NCBI GenBank assembly: GCA_021648145.1
Contig: JAKITI010000007.1
Coordinates: 1,018-65,017 of the forward strand
Direction of reading: 5' to 3'
Length of the DNA: 64,000 nt
Source of the DNA: Gammaproteobacteria bacterium
GTDB lineage: Bacteria; Pseudomonadota; Gammaproteobacteria; JAADGQ01
Part shown: piece after piece, positions 9,511 to 19,856 of the stretch
How positions within the stretch are numbered: position 1 is the stretch's first letter
How the letters are laid out: every line of letters begins with the position of its first letter
Translations under genes and position numbers: made by a program
The notes under the pieces: model-generated
Told to the model about the DNA's origin: nothing
The model's database searches: none
The model's input: only the letters and a program-made list of their open reading frames with translations

Positions 9511-11334
9511 ATGGTTGATTCTGATTTAGTCGTTCGTACGCCCTTTTATTTTGGCCCAGATGGCAAGAAATTGATTGGCTGGTTGCATACAAACGCCACA
9601 ACTGAAAATCTTGATACAGCAGTGGTTGTATGTCCCCCACTCGCTGTAGAGTATATGAGCACCTACCGCTCAATGCGTTATGTGGCTGATTATTTTGCGT
9701 TGGCGGGAATACCTGCAATACGGTTTGATTATCATGGTACGGGTGACTCATCTGGTTTTAATGATGAGGGTAATCGCCTTGATCATTGGCTTTGGAGTAT
9801 TGAGCAAGCAATGAGCGAGGTCAAAAAACTTTCAGGGTGCTCCAAGGTGGGTCTGTTTGGTTTGCGAATGGGTGCGACGCTCGCTTCATTGGTTTCAGCG
9901 AGAGTTGATGTTGATTTTTTAGTTCTATGGGCTGCTTTAGAGAGTGGTCGGAGATATATTCGTGAAATAAAAACAATTCAGATGACTGGAGTCAGTCAAA
10001 CTGGGGTCGCGCCCAGTTTTGTTGAAGCTGGAGGAATGGTTTATTGGCCTCAAACGGCTGATGCAATCAGTCAGATAGATTTAATAAAGATTACACCTAA
10101 GGCTTCTCGTGTATTGATTATTCCCCGGGATGACTTGCAAGTAAAGACCAAATTGAAAGATGGCTGGGTCGCTCAAGGGGTTAGTGTAGAGCAGTTTGAA
10201 TATTCGGGTTATTCCGAAATGTTGTTGTTGGCACTTAAATCGGTTGTGCCTCATGAGACTATTCATAAGGTGGTGAGCTGGGTCAGAGCGGGAATTGATT
10301 GTCCGAGTGCTACAGAGTGTGAAGCTGCAGATTTAGATGTTGCTACGAGCATATGGGTCAAGTCCATCTATGATAAAGAAAAGTATGGTCAAAATGAATC
10401 AAAAGTGAAAGAGTCATTTGTTCGATTTGGATCGGATAACAACAATTTTGCTATCTTGGTCGAACCGCCTGAAATAATTTCACCAGAACGTCCTATCATC
10501 ATTATTGCGAGCTCGGGTGCTACGCACCGAGTTGGTCCGAGCCGATTATATGTGTCTTTAGCCAGAAGTTTGGCCTCTGAAGGTTTTCGCTGTTTGAGAA
10601 TTGATATCCCTGGCTTGGGGGATAGTATTACTCATGACCACGAACAAGAAAATAGAGAGTACATTGATAAATCAAGTGATGTGATTCGTCAAGCTATGGA
10701 GTCATTCGGCTCTGCATACAAAAAAAACAGATACGTTGTGACAGGTTTGTGTTCAGGTGCTTATTTCTCTTTTCATGCGGCTCTGGATCTTAAGAATGTG
10801 GATATCGTAGAGAGTATTTTAATTAACCCTCTTACCTTTTACTGGTACGAAGGTATGGAGTTTGATAGTTCACCTGCAAAGAATTTTGGGCACTGGAATT
10901 GGTATATGAAGGCGTTGAAGGATCCCAGTAGCTGGTTAAGATTAATAAGAGGAGGGTCAGATTATTCTGAACTTTATGAAACGATAAAAAATCGAATAAA
11001 GATTATCATATCCGCAAAAATAAATTCAATAAAGAGTAGCAGAAGTGATAATGTCGCTGCTGAAGGTCATTCTAAAAATAATTTAAATATTGATTTAATG
11101 CAAATTGCTTCTCGCAACAGGCACTTATCATTTATTCTTGCAAGAAGCGATCCTGGGTATGATATTTTGATGACCAGCGCAGGAAAAACCGCGAAAAAAC
11201 TTATTAACGATGGCAAAATAGATATTCATTTCATTGAAGATGCGGATCATACGTTCTCAAAGTATCAACCCCGATGTGATGCGATTGATTGTATGGTTAA
11301 GCATATTATTTTTCGGTATGGAAAAGAGTTGTAA
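9511..11334 (+). CDS. tandem alpha/beta-hydrolase fold protein
   Basis: 607 aa with two alpha/beta hydrolase-like halves. The second carries a GxSxG-type elbow (GLCSGAY). The first has a degenerate elbow. Confidence 0.65.
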   Translation: MVDSDLVVRTPFYFGPDGKKLIGWLHTNATTENLDTAVVVCPPLAVEYMSTYRSMRYVADYFALAGIPAIRFDYHGTGDSSGFNDEGNRLDHWLWSIEQAMSEVKKLSGCSKVGLFGLRMGATLASLVSARVDVDFLVLWAALESGRRYIREIKTIQMTGVSQTGVAPSFVEAGGMVYWPQTADAISQIDLIKITPKASRVLIIPRDDLQVKTKLKDGWVAQGVSVEQFEYSGYSEMLLLALKSVVPHETIHKVVSWVRAGIDCPSATECEAADLDVATSIWVKSIYDKEKYGQNESKVKESFVRFGSDNNNFAILVEPPEIISPERPIIIIASSGATHRVGPSRLYVSLARSLASEGFRCLRIDIPGLGDSITHDHEQENREYIDKSSDVIRQAMESFGSAYKKNRYVVTGLCSGAYFSFHAALDLKNVDIVESILINPLTFYWYEGMEFDSSPAKNFGHWNWYMKALKDPSSWLRLIRGGSDYSELYETIKNRIKIIISAKINSIKSSRSDNVAAEGHSKNNLNIDLMQIASRNRHLSFILARSDPGYDILMTSAGKTAKKLINDGKIDIHFIEDADHTFSKYQPRCDAIDCMVKHIIFRYGKEL

Positions 11335-11349
11335 AGGAAGGAAGTTATT

Positions 11350-12117
11350 GTGTTCGATTCGATCAACAAAGAGCTGTATTCAAGCAGTGATGGAGTTCAC
11401 TCCTATATCAATACTACATTGCAGGCACCCGAGGTCAGCATCCTGGTAAAATATAAAGATGCCTATTACGGTAAAAAAATATTAGACATTGGTTGTGGTG
11501 CTGGCCGGACATCCCATTATTTCCGTAATTTTACTCATCAATATATTGGCGTGGACTACTCAAAGCCCATGGTTGATTTTTGTAAAAGCCAGTACCCTGA
11601 ACTGGCATTTGAGCATTGTGATGCAAGAGATTTAAGCCATTTTGATGATGGTGAATTTGATTTTGTCATGTTTTCATACAATGGGATAGATTATATTGGT
11701 CATGATGATCGCATGCAGGTTTTAGATGAAATACAGCGCGTTTTAAAAAATGGCGGGGTGTTTGTTTTTTCGGCACATAATAGAAAATATAACCACATTA
11801 TTCTAAAACCAAAGCTACAGTTGACACTTCACCCAGTTAGATTGCTTAAAAATGTAGTGAGTTATTATAAGCAAGAAAAAAATCATAAAGAGCTGATATC
11901 AAATGAGGTACACAATAAAAGCTTTTCGATTTTAAATGATAATGGAAATAATTTTGGCTTGCTAACCTATTATATTGACAGGTATAACCAAACTAAACAG
12001 CTAACAAAGAAGGGTTTCAAATTACTGGAAATGTTTCAGTTGAATGGCCAGGTTTTGTTGCCTGAGAAAGATGATTCTGACAGCGGTTGGATCTACTATG
12101 TATCCGAAAAAATATAG
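11350..12117 (+). CDS. class I SAM-dependent methyltransferase
   Basis: ILDIGCGAGRTSHY (motif I) and VFVFSAHN (post-I/II). GTG start. Confidence 0.75.
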   Translation: MFDSINKELYSSSDGVHSYINTTLQAPEVSILVKYKDAYYGKKILDIGCGAGRTSHYFRNFTHQYIGVDYSKPMVDFCKSQYPELAFEHCDARDLSHFDDGEFDFVMFSYNGIDYIGHDDRMQVLDEIQRVLKNGGVFVFSAHNRKYNHIILKPKLQLTLHPVRLLKNVVSYYKQEKNHKELISNEVHNKSFSILNDNGNNFGLLTYYIDRYNQTKQLTKKGFKLLEMFQLNGQVLLPEKDDSDSGWIYYVSEKI

Positions 12118-12157
12118 CAAGTCAGAATGTCCAAGTTACTACGTGCTCGCTCTTTAC

Positions 12158-13258
12158 TTATGCCTTATTGAAATAGTCATATAATTTATATAAATATTTT
12201 ACCCATTGGTTGCGTATAATTTGTACATTGACAATGTTGATACTGGAGCGGGTTAGTCGCTCTTTGTAGTGTGTGTTTTTTCCTTTGCCAGCTAACATAT
12301 CATAGCTGTTTATATCGCTAGCGCATGCGTGCTCTATTTCATAGCCAAAATGTATATAACCTAATGCAATTTTTTTATGAACACTTTCATCAAATCCTGC
12401 TTGAATATTATACTTTTGATTATTAACAAGATAGTTGTACTGGATCGAAACGGGATTGTTATCTATAGATAATATTGAGAAGCATAATGCATTTCGTTGA
12501 TCCATTAATTTCGCTAGAGTCGTATTGAAACGTAATCGTTTATCCCGAAAAACGGGGGATCCCCACCTTTTAGCGTGTAGGTGATTAAGTTGTTTGAATT
12601 GAGACTCAATATCATCGTTCTGTTTTGGATTGAAGTGGATCTCTCCCAGCTGATCAAGTATTTTTCGCCGATTAAATAAGCTAAGGCGTGTATTCTTCCC
12701 TAAATTTTTAATATAGTGGTCAAAGCTTCCGGTTGTTTCTATAAAAAAGCTTTTGAACTCCTCTGCTATGCGATAGTAGGAATTAGGAATGGGCTTCTCT
12801 TTTTTTAGCAGCTTGTATGTGTCTGAATCTTTTTTTAAGTCAACGAGTATGAGTTCATCCCATGTTGATAAGGTGTTTATATGTTTGTAGAAAGCGTTCA
12901 CAACTTCATTTGATAGTGATTTTTCTGCAATAAAATCAAGGAGCTCAGTTCGCATCGTCGCTTTACCATGCCAGCAGTTACCAATGAACTGCAGCCTATG
13001 AGTCACAATGATCTTTTTTGACTTAGCTTTTGATAGATATAAAGGTGCAAGACCAACCAGATTACCCTTGTCATCTACGGCGGCCAAAAGTTGTAACTGC
13101 ATCTGCTCAGGTTCGGCAAAGGTGTGCCACCATGTATGTTGCCACTCCCAACTCATAAATAGTGGATCTGAGTTTGATTTTTCTAATAGTAAATTCCAGG
13201 CGTGCCTGGAATCTCTAAACTGTTTTTCATTCCACGTCTGGATGTTGATTTGCTTCAT
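12158..13258 (-). CDS. GNAT/FemAB-fold acyltransferase (BioF2/CelD-like)
   Basis: 366 aa. The size and the WNxKQFRD...HxHAKRW region resemble the CelD/BcsL and FemAB-type acyl/aminoacyl transferase fold. Assignment is by overall resemblance only. Confidence 0.5.
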   Translation of the reverse strand: MKQINIQTWNEKQFRDSRHAWNLLLEKSNSDPLFMSWEWQHTWWHTFAEPEQMQLQLLAAVDDKGNLVGLAPLYLSKAKSKKIIVTHRLQFIGNCWHGKATMRTELLDFIAEKSLSNEVVNAFYKHINTLSTWDELILVDLKKDSDTYKLLKKEKPIPNSYYRIAEEFKSFFIETTGSFDHYIKNLGKNTRLSLFNRRKILDQLGEIHFNPKQNDDIESQFKQLNHLHAKRWGSPVFRDKRLRFNTTLAKLMDQRNALCFSILSIDNNPVSIQYNYLVNNQKYNIQAGFDESVHKKIALGYIHFGYEIEHACASDINSYDMLAGKGKNTHYKERLTRSSINIVNVQIIRNQWVKYLYKLYDYFNKA

Positions 13259-13432
13259 ATAAGGTAAAATATCTCAAGCCATTCGTATAAGTTGTGAGTC
13301 AGGTCATATTTCGTGACCGTTCTTTAGAGATTTTTAGTAAAGACAGGTAAATAGGGGGATAGGGGGATATCCATACCATACTTATAAAATTAATGTGCAT
13401 CCTTGCTATTCCGAATATTATAAATAGCCGAG

Positions 13433-14236
13433 CTATTTAATAAACCGATGAGGGTAGATAATTTTCATAATAAAAGCTGGAATCATTTTCTTGATTTTTT
13501 TACGTAGTTCATCTGGCATCAAATCGCCAAAACTATTTAGAAGACGCAGGTACTTTCCACGGTAGCCATTGGTTCTGAGCTTTCTGTCATACCCCAGATC
13601 ATTTTCACTTAATTCAAGTTGAAAGAATTGGCTGATTTTTCTGGCTGTTTCTTTTGAATTAAGAGCGTAATCTGAATAGTTCACAACAATATGTGGAATA
13701 TTGTATTGTTGCATTGCATGCTCTGCTGTTTTCATATGGTGCTCAATGCGCCTAAAAGAGGCTTGTTTATCATCGTTGTTCCATCTTAGGCGAAGAAAAC
13801 TTTGATGTATCTCTTTTGGGTCACGTTTTAGCAAAATAACCTTTGTGTTTGATTGCTTTAATAAAGGCCACCAATACCCAATTGTGTAACATAAACTCGG
13901 GTCTTTCCATAACCAGGGGGTATGTTCTTCAAACTGTGCAATCAGCTCTTTATGTGCTTTTGATGGTGTAAGGGAAAGTATTTTTTCTGTTTGTTGATCA
14001 GAAATAGCATCAAATAACCACGTATTTTCACATTCAAATCCAGCTGCTTTAAAAACCTCTGCGTTACATTTTTTTAAAGATTCAGCCTCCCAAAATCCAT
14101 ATGGATTATATTCATTGGCTTGCTGCAGTTGATTTTCTTCATTTTCAGTAACAAAGTAGCCACGATTTTTGAATATTGCAGCAGTCATGCTGGTTCCTGA
14201 GCGAGGTGAGCCAACAATGATGACATTTACACTCAT
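13433..14236 (-). CDS. sulfotransferase family protein
   Basis: IIVGSPRSGTSM (5'-PSB PAPS-binding loop) and LLKRDPKEIHQSF (3'-PB RDP motif). Confidence 0.7.
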   Translation of the reverse strand: MSVNVIIVGSPRSGTSMTAAIFKNRGYFVTENEENQLQQANEYNPYGFWEAESLKKCNAEVFKAAGFECENTWLFDAISDQQTEKILSLTPSKAHKELIAQFEEHTPWLWKDPSLCYTIGYWWPLLKQSNTKVILLKRDPKEIHQSFLRLRWNNDDKQASFRRIEHHMKTAEHAMQQYNIPHIVVNYSDYALNSKETARKISQFFQLELSENDLGYDRKLRTNGYRGKYLRLLNSFGDLMPDELRKKIKKMIPAFIMKIIYPHRFIK

Positions 14237-14254
14237 TTTTTAACGTCTCGTTCT

Positions 14255-15034
14255 CTATTCACTTATTTCAGGTTTTTTATACAGGTGGACAAAGCGATCT
14301 GTTCGTTTGATGACTTCTTTTTTCCAGATATCCAATTGATAGTTGTCATCAGGGTTTCTGAGCACATCCAATGCTTTTACAAACTTGAAACCAGCACTTT
14401 CAATATCTTTTTTCGCCCACTCTTCATCAATCCGGTGCAGTTTAGGGGCACTCTCTTTTCCTGTTCCAGGCTCTGCCGCATGGTCAATAATTAATAATTT
14501 TCCGCCTGGTTTTAGCGCGGTGATGACTTGCTCAAAAAACTCTTCTCTATTGGCAGTAATGATGGGGTCTTTTCGTGGAACATAGATGTCATGATAGCTT
14601 AGACCAATGAAAATAAGGTCTGTATTGCTCGGTAGTTTCATATCAGCAAATTCGCTATCGAGGCGGACAACATTTTTCAGTCGTTCATTTTTTAATCGTT
14701 TCTCGAGATCTTCTTTTGAGAAATTTAGAAATAGCGAGTTATTTTGTATAGTCACACGTCCATCATCACCCACAATGTAATTAAAGAGTTCTGAGTAGTA
14801 ACCACCGCCGCCAAGAAGATCAATAACAGTGTCTCCAGATTCAAGGCCAGAAAAGTTTAATACTTCGAGTGGTTTGCGTAATTTATCTTTTGAATGATCC
14901 TCTGTATATCGATCTGGCTGATGTATCGCTCTTTCATTAAGAGTCATGCTATCTAGATCTTTGGAACATCCAGCTACAAATACAACTACAGTAAGAAACA
15001 GGACTTTAATACGACCTAATATATTCATAATCAT
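14255..15034 (-). CDS. class I SAM-dependent methyltransferase, lipoprotein
   Basis: Lipobox LTVVVFVAGCSK and glycine-rich SAM motif VIDLLGGGGYYSELF. Confidence 0.65.
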   Translation of the reverse strand: MIMNILGRIKVLFLTVVVFVAGCSKDLDSMTLNERAIHQPDRYTEDHSKDKLRKPLEVLNFSGLESGDTVIDLLGGGGYYSELFNYIVGDDGRVTIQNNSLFLNFSKEDLEKRLKNERLKNVVRLDSEFADMKLPSNTDLIFIGLSYHDIYVPRKDPIITANREEFFEQVITALKPGGKLLIIDHAAEPGTGKESAPKLHRIDEEWAKKDIESAGFKFVKALDVLRNPDDNYQLDIWKKEVIKRTDRFVHLYKKPEISE

Positions 15035-15122
15035 TACCTTGTTTTATCTCTCAAAAATAAGTGGCTCAACTGATTTTTACAAGATTATACAGCACACTGT
15101 TAAGAATACAGTTTTTTTAATA

Positions 15123-16520
15123 TCAGATTTTTCCATCTTTGGCGGCTTTGAGTACGAGTGCATCAAATTTATCCGCTGCCATAAGGTTACGTTCTGCGAC
15201 AATAATGTTGACAGGTTTACCCGTTTTTTCAGACTCTTTAGCGACTTCAGCCGCAGCGGCATAACCGATATCTGTATTCAATAATGTTGCAAGGGCAACA
15301 CTGCTGTGCAGAAAAGCTTTACAGCGATCACGATCGACTTGTAAACCTTTTAGGTTTTTTTCAGTGGCGGCGTTAGTTGCATTGGTGAGCCACTCCATCA
15401 TATCGAATAGTGCTGAACCGAGGGCGGGCATCATCACGTTGAGTTCCAGTTGTCCTGCCTGAGTCATATAACTGATAGCCGAATCTTGCCCAAGAACCTG
15501 AAAGCAGACTTGATTGAGCATTTCAAACATCACAGGGTTCACTTTGCCCGGCATGATGCTGGAGCCTGGCTGTACGGCAGGCAGCATGATTTCACCCAGA
15601 CCTGTGCGTGGCCCTGAGGCGAGCAGACGCATGTCGTTAGAGATTCGTATTAACTCCAGAGAGACTTCACGAATGGTTGATGACAGGTGTTGTAGATCAT
15701 TCATAGACTGCATTTGTGCCGCCAGATCATCGGCTGGACGAATCGCCTCGAAGGTCAGCTGCGCCAGTGCTTTTGCGACATTTTTAATATAGCCCGGTGA
15801 GGTATTAAGCCCTGTGCCGGCAGCACTGCCTCCCAGTCCAACTTCACAAAGCGGATCACGGCAGCTTTCTAAACGTGCTGCACAGCGCTTTAAAGTCCAG
15901 GCGTAAGCACTGAATTCACGACCTAATGTTGTGGGTACGGCATCTTGCAAGTGGGTTCGGGCACTTTTAACTGTATCTTCTTCTTGTTTGCCAATGCGTG
16001 CATATTCTGTGGCCATATCTTCAATAGCAGCAATTAAACGGGGGAGTTTTTTAAGCGCTGTTAAACGAATGGCTGTGGGGATTGTATCGTTGGTGCTTTG
16101 CCCCATGTTGACATGGTCGTTGGGATTAATGGGGCTGTATTCACCTTTTTCCCCCCCCAGAGCGACACTGGCTAAATTGGCAATCACTTCATTGCTGTTC
16201 ATGTTATGGCTGGTGCCTGCACCAGCTTGAAAACGGTCGACTACAAATTGATCAATATAATGACCTTCAAGAATTTGATCGCAAGCGGCAATAATTGCTT
16301 TGGCTTGTTTGTCGTCAAGCCAGCCCCCTTGTTGGTTGGCCTCTGCCGCAGCACGTTTGATTTTTACGTGAGACTGTACGAAGTCTCGGTCAGGTGCTCG
16401 GCCACTGATCGGGAAGTTGGCGATGGCACGGGCGGTCTGAATGCCATACCAGGCATTCGCTGGAACTTGAAGTTCGCCTAAACTGTCTTTTTCAATACGG
16501 TAATCATCTGTTTGAGTCAT
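15123..16520 (-). CDS. aspA: aspartate ammonia-lyase
   Basis: 465 aa in the fumarase/aspartase family. The signature is GSSIMPGKVNPV (aspartase-type, V after NP). Confidence 0.85.
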   Translation of the reverse strand: MTQTDDYRIEKDSLGELQVPANAWYGIQTARAIANFPISGRAPDRDFVQSHVKIKRAAAEANQQGGWLDDKQAKAIIAACDQILEGHYIDQFVVDRFQAGAGTSHNMNSNEVIANLASVALGGEKGEYSPINPNDHVNMGQSTNDTIPTAIRLTALKKLPRLIAAIEDMATEYARIGKQEEDTVKSARTHLQDAVPTTLGREFSAYAWTLKRCAARLESCRDPLCEVGLGGSAAGTGLNTSPGYIKNVAKALAQLTFEAIRPADDLAAQMQSMNDLQHLSSTIREVSLELIRISNDMRLLASGPRTGLGEIMLPAVQPGSSIMPGKVNPVMFEMLNQVCFQVLGQDSAISYMTQAGQLELNVMMPALGSALFDMMEWLTNATNAATEKNLKGLQVDRDRCKAFLHSSVALATLLNTDIGYAAAAEVAKESEKTGKPVNIIVAERNLMAADKFDALVLKAAKDGKI

Positions 16521-17368
16521 TATTTGTGTTCTCCTGAAGAAATTTTAAGTAATACTTTGTCAAGTGCGCGTGAGGTCAACAGTCGCCGCAGTGCTGCAAA
16601 AAGGTAGGCTGGAAATGTGACGGGGTAGCGTAGTTTAGGTCGAGGACTTTCCAGTGCATGAATAAGCTTTTTGAGTACCGCATCGGGCGGCAGTGTAAAA
16701 GGCGCAACAGGGCCAGGATTTGTAAGGCGCTTTTCGATCGACTGGTAAATCGTGCGATGAACACTGTTTTCTGAGTCGATATTTTCCTTATACTTTTTGT
16801 AGCCATTGGCACGAAACTGGCTGGTAATAGGGCCTGGCTCAATCAGTGAGATTAAAATGTCGCTATTATTGATCTCTAAACGTAGTGTATCGACTAACCC
16901 TTCCAGTGCATATTTGCTGGCATTATAAGCGCCGCGATAGGAGAGTGCGACATAGCCCAGCAGTGAGCTGTTATAGATAATACGCCCATGCCCTTGTTGC
17001 CGCATGACTGGAATGATGCAGTTTGTCAGTTCCAGCGTTCCGAATAGATTGGTTTCAAACTGTGCACGTAATACGTCACGAGTTAAATCTTCCACGGCAC
17101 CCGGTTGACCATAAGCTGCATTATTAAAGAGTGCATACAAAGTGCCCCCTGTACGAGATAACAACTCATCAACTGCGCTATGAATGGAGTCACTTTGATC
17201 TAAATCCAATAGAAAGCTTTCAAGGCCTTGTGCTTGCAGTGAATCAACATCTTTTTGCTGACGTGCAGTCGCAAATACACGATAGCCTTTTTTGTGTAGT
17301 CCCAATGCACATGCTAAACCAATGCCGCTGGAACAGCCGGTGATTAATATTGTTTTTTTGTTTGTCAT
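16520..17368 (-). CDS. SDR family oxidoreductase
   Basis: TGCSSGIG Rossmann motif, NNAAYG and a YxxxK catalytic pair (YNASK). Confidence 0.8.
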   Translation of the reverse strand: MTNKKTILITGCSSGIGLACALGLHKKGYRVFATARQQKDVDSLQAQGLESFLLDLDQSDSIHSAVDELLSRTGGTLYALFNNAAYGQPGAVEDLTRDVLRAQFETNLFGTLELTNCIIPVMRQQGHGRIIYNSSLLGYVALSYRGAYNASKYALEGLVDTLRLEINNSDILISLIEPGPITSQFRANGYKKYKENIDSENSVHRTIYQSIEKRLTNPGPVAPFTLPPDAVLKKLIHALESPRPKLRYPVTFPAYLFAALRRLLTSRALDKVLLKISSGEHK

Positions 17369-17376
17369 GTGGAGAG

Positions 17377-17796
17377 CTAAGTTTCTCTTGTAAACGGATT
17401 TTTCAGAAGTATTCCAGAATAAAATTGACTGTTATTTAAATCTTCAGAGAGGATGATGTTGCATTTTGAATGTTCGGCCGCACTGATGATGCATGCATCC
17501 CAGAAATTGATCTGGTATGAAGTTTTGATCTCTACACTGCGTCTTATCAGAGCTGGGCTTTGTGGGATGATTTCCAGCCCTTCCAAGAGAAACAACTGCC
17601 TGAGAATGACATCTTGGCGTTGATGTAACTTATTTAGGGCTACATGAGCATACTCCTGTAATACCTGTGTAGAAATAACACCTGTTCCAAGCCGCATATG
17701 CTTTGCTACGATATTCAGAGCCTTTTTTTGCTTCTCCTCATCACGAGCATCGTTGGCATAAATTATGATGTTTGTGTCAATAAAAGTTTTGTTCAT
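17377..17796 (-). CDS. vapC: PIN-domain toxin (VapC-like)
   Basis: 139 aa. Reading FIDTNIIIYA (Asp at position 7-8) as the first acidic residue of a PIN domain. It is 1 nt downstream of a small antitoxin-like ORF. Confidence 0.7.
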   Translation of the reverse strand: MNKTFIDTNIIIYANDARDEEKQKKALNIVAKHMRLGTGVISTQVLQEYAHVALNKLHQRQDVILRQLFLLEGLEIIPQSPALIRRSVEIKTSYQINFWDACIISAAEHSKCNIILSEDLNNSQFYSGILLKNPFTRET

Positions 17797-18032
17797 CAGT
17801 CGTTATAACGATCATAAATTTCATCTCTGGAAAACTTGAATCCGCTAGCAGATTTCCCCGGCATATTACTCGCTATTCGTACAAACTCATCGGCTGATTT
17901 TTCTGCATTACATTCGCCTGTAAGTTTGAGCAAATAATCTCTAATCAACTGGTTTAGCGATGTATTGTGCGCGCTGGCATATTCACGCCCCTTTTTGATC
18001 AGTTCTGTATCTGCTGAAAGTGTAATGTTCAT
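17796..18032 (-). CDS. vapB: antitoxin (VapB-like)
   Basis: 78-aa ORF whose stop overlaps the vapC start. It has a DNA-binding-like N-terminus. Confidence 0.55.
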   Translation of the reverse strand: MNITLSADTELIKKGREYASAHNTSLNQLIRDYLLKLTGECNAEKSADEFVRIASNMPGKSASGFKFSRDEIYDRYND

Positions 18033-18150
18033 AGTTTTCTGCCCTCAAATAATTTTTATGTGCTGTAAGTGTGCAAGTGTAGCGCGGCATTTTATTTTGG
18101 TCAAACTTTAGTGCAGTCAGCGTAATGGCTTTACAGGTCGCATGTTGAAC

Positions 18151-18612
18151 TTAATGACATTGAGGGCAAACTCCTGACCACACTCGTGTACCCCATTCAA
18201 TAGACCACTCTTCTTTACATTTGGGGGTATGGTCATCAGCGCTTGTATCGACATCAAGTAACAATTTACATACTCGGCAGTAAATATGGTCATGTGTTTC
18301 TGTATTGCTATCATATATTGCCTGTCCATCCACATAAAAGCGCCGAAGCAATCCTGATGATTCTAGTTGTGACAACGTCAAATAGACTGTATTTGGCGAA
18401 ATAGTTGGAAAACGCTGGCATAACTCTTCATGCAATTCATTCGGTGTGCGGTGGCACTTCTCCAGCAGCAATTGCTTGCAAATAGCGATACGCTGCGGGG
18501 TTGCCCGCATCCCGTTATTATTTAATAACGTACTAATTTCAGTATCATTCCGTTTTCCATTCATATAATTAATCCTTTTTACTCTAAATTCGGGTCGATT
18601 ATCCCTTTTCAT
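18151..18612 (-). CDS. Fur family transcriptional regulator (PerR/Fur-like)
   Basis: MRATPQRIAICKQLL winged-helix region, HDH metal site and a C-terminal CxxC...CPQC pair. The true start may be an internal Met. Confidence 0.75.
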   Translation of the reverse strand: MKRDNRPEFRVKRINYMNGKRNDTEISTLLNNNGMRATPQRIAICKQLLLEKCHRTPNELHEELCQRFPTISPNTVYLTLSQLESSGLLRRFYVDGQAIYDSNTETHDHIYCRVCKLLLDVDTSADDHTPKCKEEWSIEWGTRVWSGVCPQCH

Positions 18613-18703
18613 TAATAAATTGACAAATAAACCAAACCTACTTTACTATTACTTAGGAGTTATTACTAATAAGTTTTAAATATTAAATTAAAAGAGGTAC
18701 TCA

Positions 18704-19723
18704 ATGAAAAATGTATTAAGCCGACGAATTTCCAGTGGTGTCACTATTGCAGCACTTGCTGTGTTTAGTGCCAGCAGTATGGCCATGTCATCCAAACCAG
18801 AAATACCCGCAGGTTTAGGGGCGTTGCCAACTGAAATTCCTGATAATCCTGCAAATCCACAAACAGCTGCTAAAATTGAGTTGGGTAAAAAACTTTATTT
18901 TGAACCCGCGCTTTCTGCCAGTGGGCAGTTTTCATGTAACTCTTGTCACAATTTGGCAACTTATGGCGTTGATAATCAAAAGTTTTCAGTCGGCCATAAA
19001 TGGCAACGTGGGGGTCGAAACTCACCCACTACATTCAATTCAGCTTTCTGGAGCAAGCAATTTTGGGATGGTCGCTCAGAAACGTTGGAAGAGCAGGCAA
19101 AAGGCCCACCATTGAACCCTGTAGAAATGGCCAGTATTGATGAAAAAGAGGTCGTCGAACGCTTGAAAGAAGCGGGCTATACCGCAGAATTTAAAGTGGC
19201 GTTTAATAATGATGCGAATGCACTTACATACGATAACATGGCAAATGCGATTGCTGTATTTGAGCGCACACTCAATACCCCTAATGCACCATTTGATCAA
19301 TATGTACGTGGTGAAGGTAAAATTTCTGAAGCGGCAAAACGTGGTATGAATACCTTGGTTGAAGCGGGTTGTACTGCTTGTCACAGTGGCCCATTGTTTA
19401 CAAATAATCAGTTCATGAAATTTTCATACGGTACGGATGCAGGTGTAAAAGAGGTGACAGGTAAAGATGCTGACGATAAACTTTTTCGCGTTCAGTCTTT
19501 ACGTAATATAGCCATGACTGCACCCTATTTTCACGACGGTTCAGCGGCAACATTGCATGATGCGGTGCGTACTATGGCGAAAGTACAGCTTGCAAAAGAG
19601 CTTTCTGATAATGAAGTGAATGATGTTGTTGCTTTTCTGGAAACTTTGACAGGTGAAACACCTCAGGTGACTTACCCTGTCCTACCACGTCCAAATGGTA
19701 AAACATTGACCTGGCGCGATTAA
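18704..19723 (+). CDS. di-heme cytochrome c peroxidase
   Basis: A signal peptide and two CxxCH heme motifs (CNSCHN, CTACHS), a bacterial CCP pattern. Confidence 0.85.
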   Translation: MKNVLSRRISSGVTIAALAVFSASSMAMSSKPEIPAGLGALPTEIPDNPANPQTAAKIELGKKLYFEPALSASGQFSCNSCHNLATYGVDNQKFSVGHKWQRGGRNSPTTFNSAFWSKQFWDGRSETLEEQAKGPPLNPVEMASIDEKEVVERLKEAGYTAEFKVAFNNDANALTYDNMANAIAVFERTLNTPNAPFDQYVRGEGKISEAAKRGMNTLVEAGCTACHSGPLFTNNQFMKFSYGTDAGVKEVTGKDADDKLFRVQSLRNIAMTAPYFHDGSAATLHDAVRTMAKVQLAKELSDNEVNDVVAFLETLTGETPQVTYPVLPRPNGKTLTWRD

Positions 19724-19750
19724 ACCAATCACAGTTTTTTTCTTGGGCTC

Positions 19751-19797
19751 ACATAGACCTCTTTTTAGTTGGTTTATGTGGGCTTTTTTGTGCTCGA
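19751..19797 (+). terminator. putative intrinsic terminator after the cytochrome c peroxidase gene
   Basis: GGGCTCACATAGACC...GGTTTATGTGGGC forms a stem with G-U pairs and is followed by TTTTTT. Confidence 0.45.
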
Positions 19798-19856
19798 AAA
19801 TAACACCATGATAGGTATATACTGGAGTTCTCTTAGGCTTTTTGAGGGTTGATACC

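Noticed and set aside
13330-13360. Short direct repeat ATAGGGGGATAGGGGGATAT in an intergenic spacer
   Set aside because: It has only two copies of an 8-mer, which is too short for a CRISPR array or a meaningful repeat. It is probably chance or a minor promoter-region feature.
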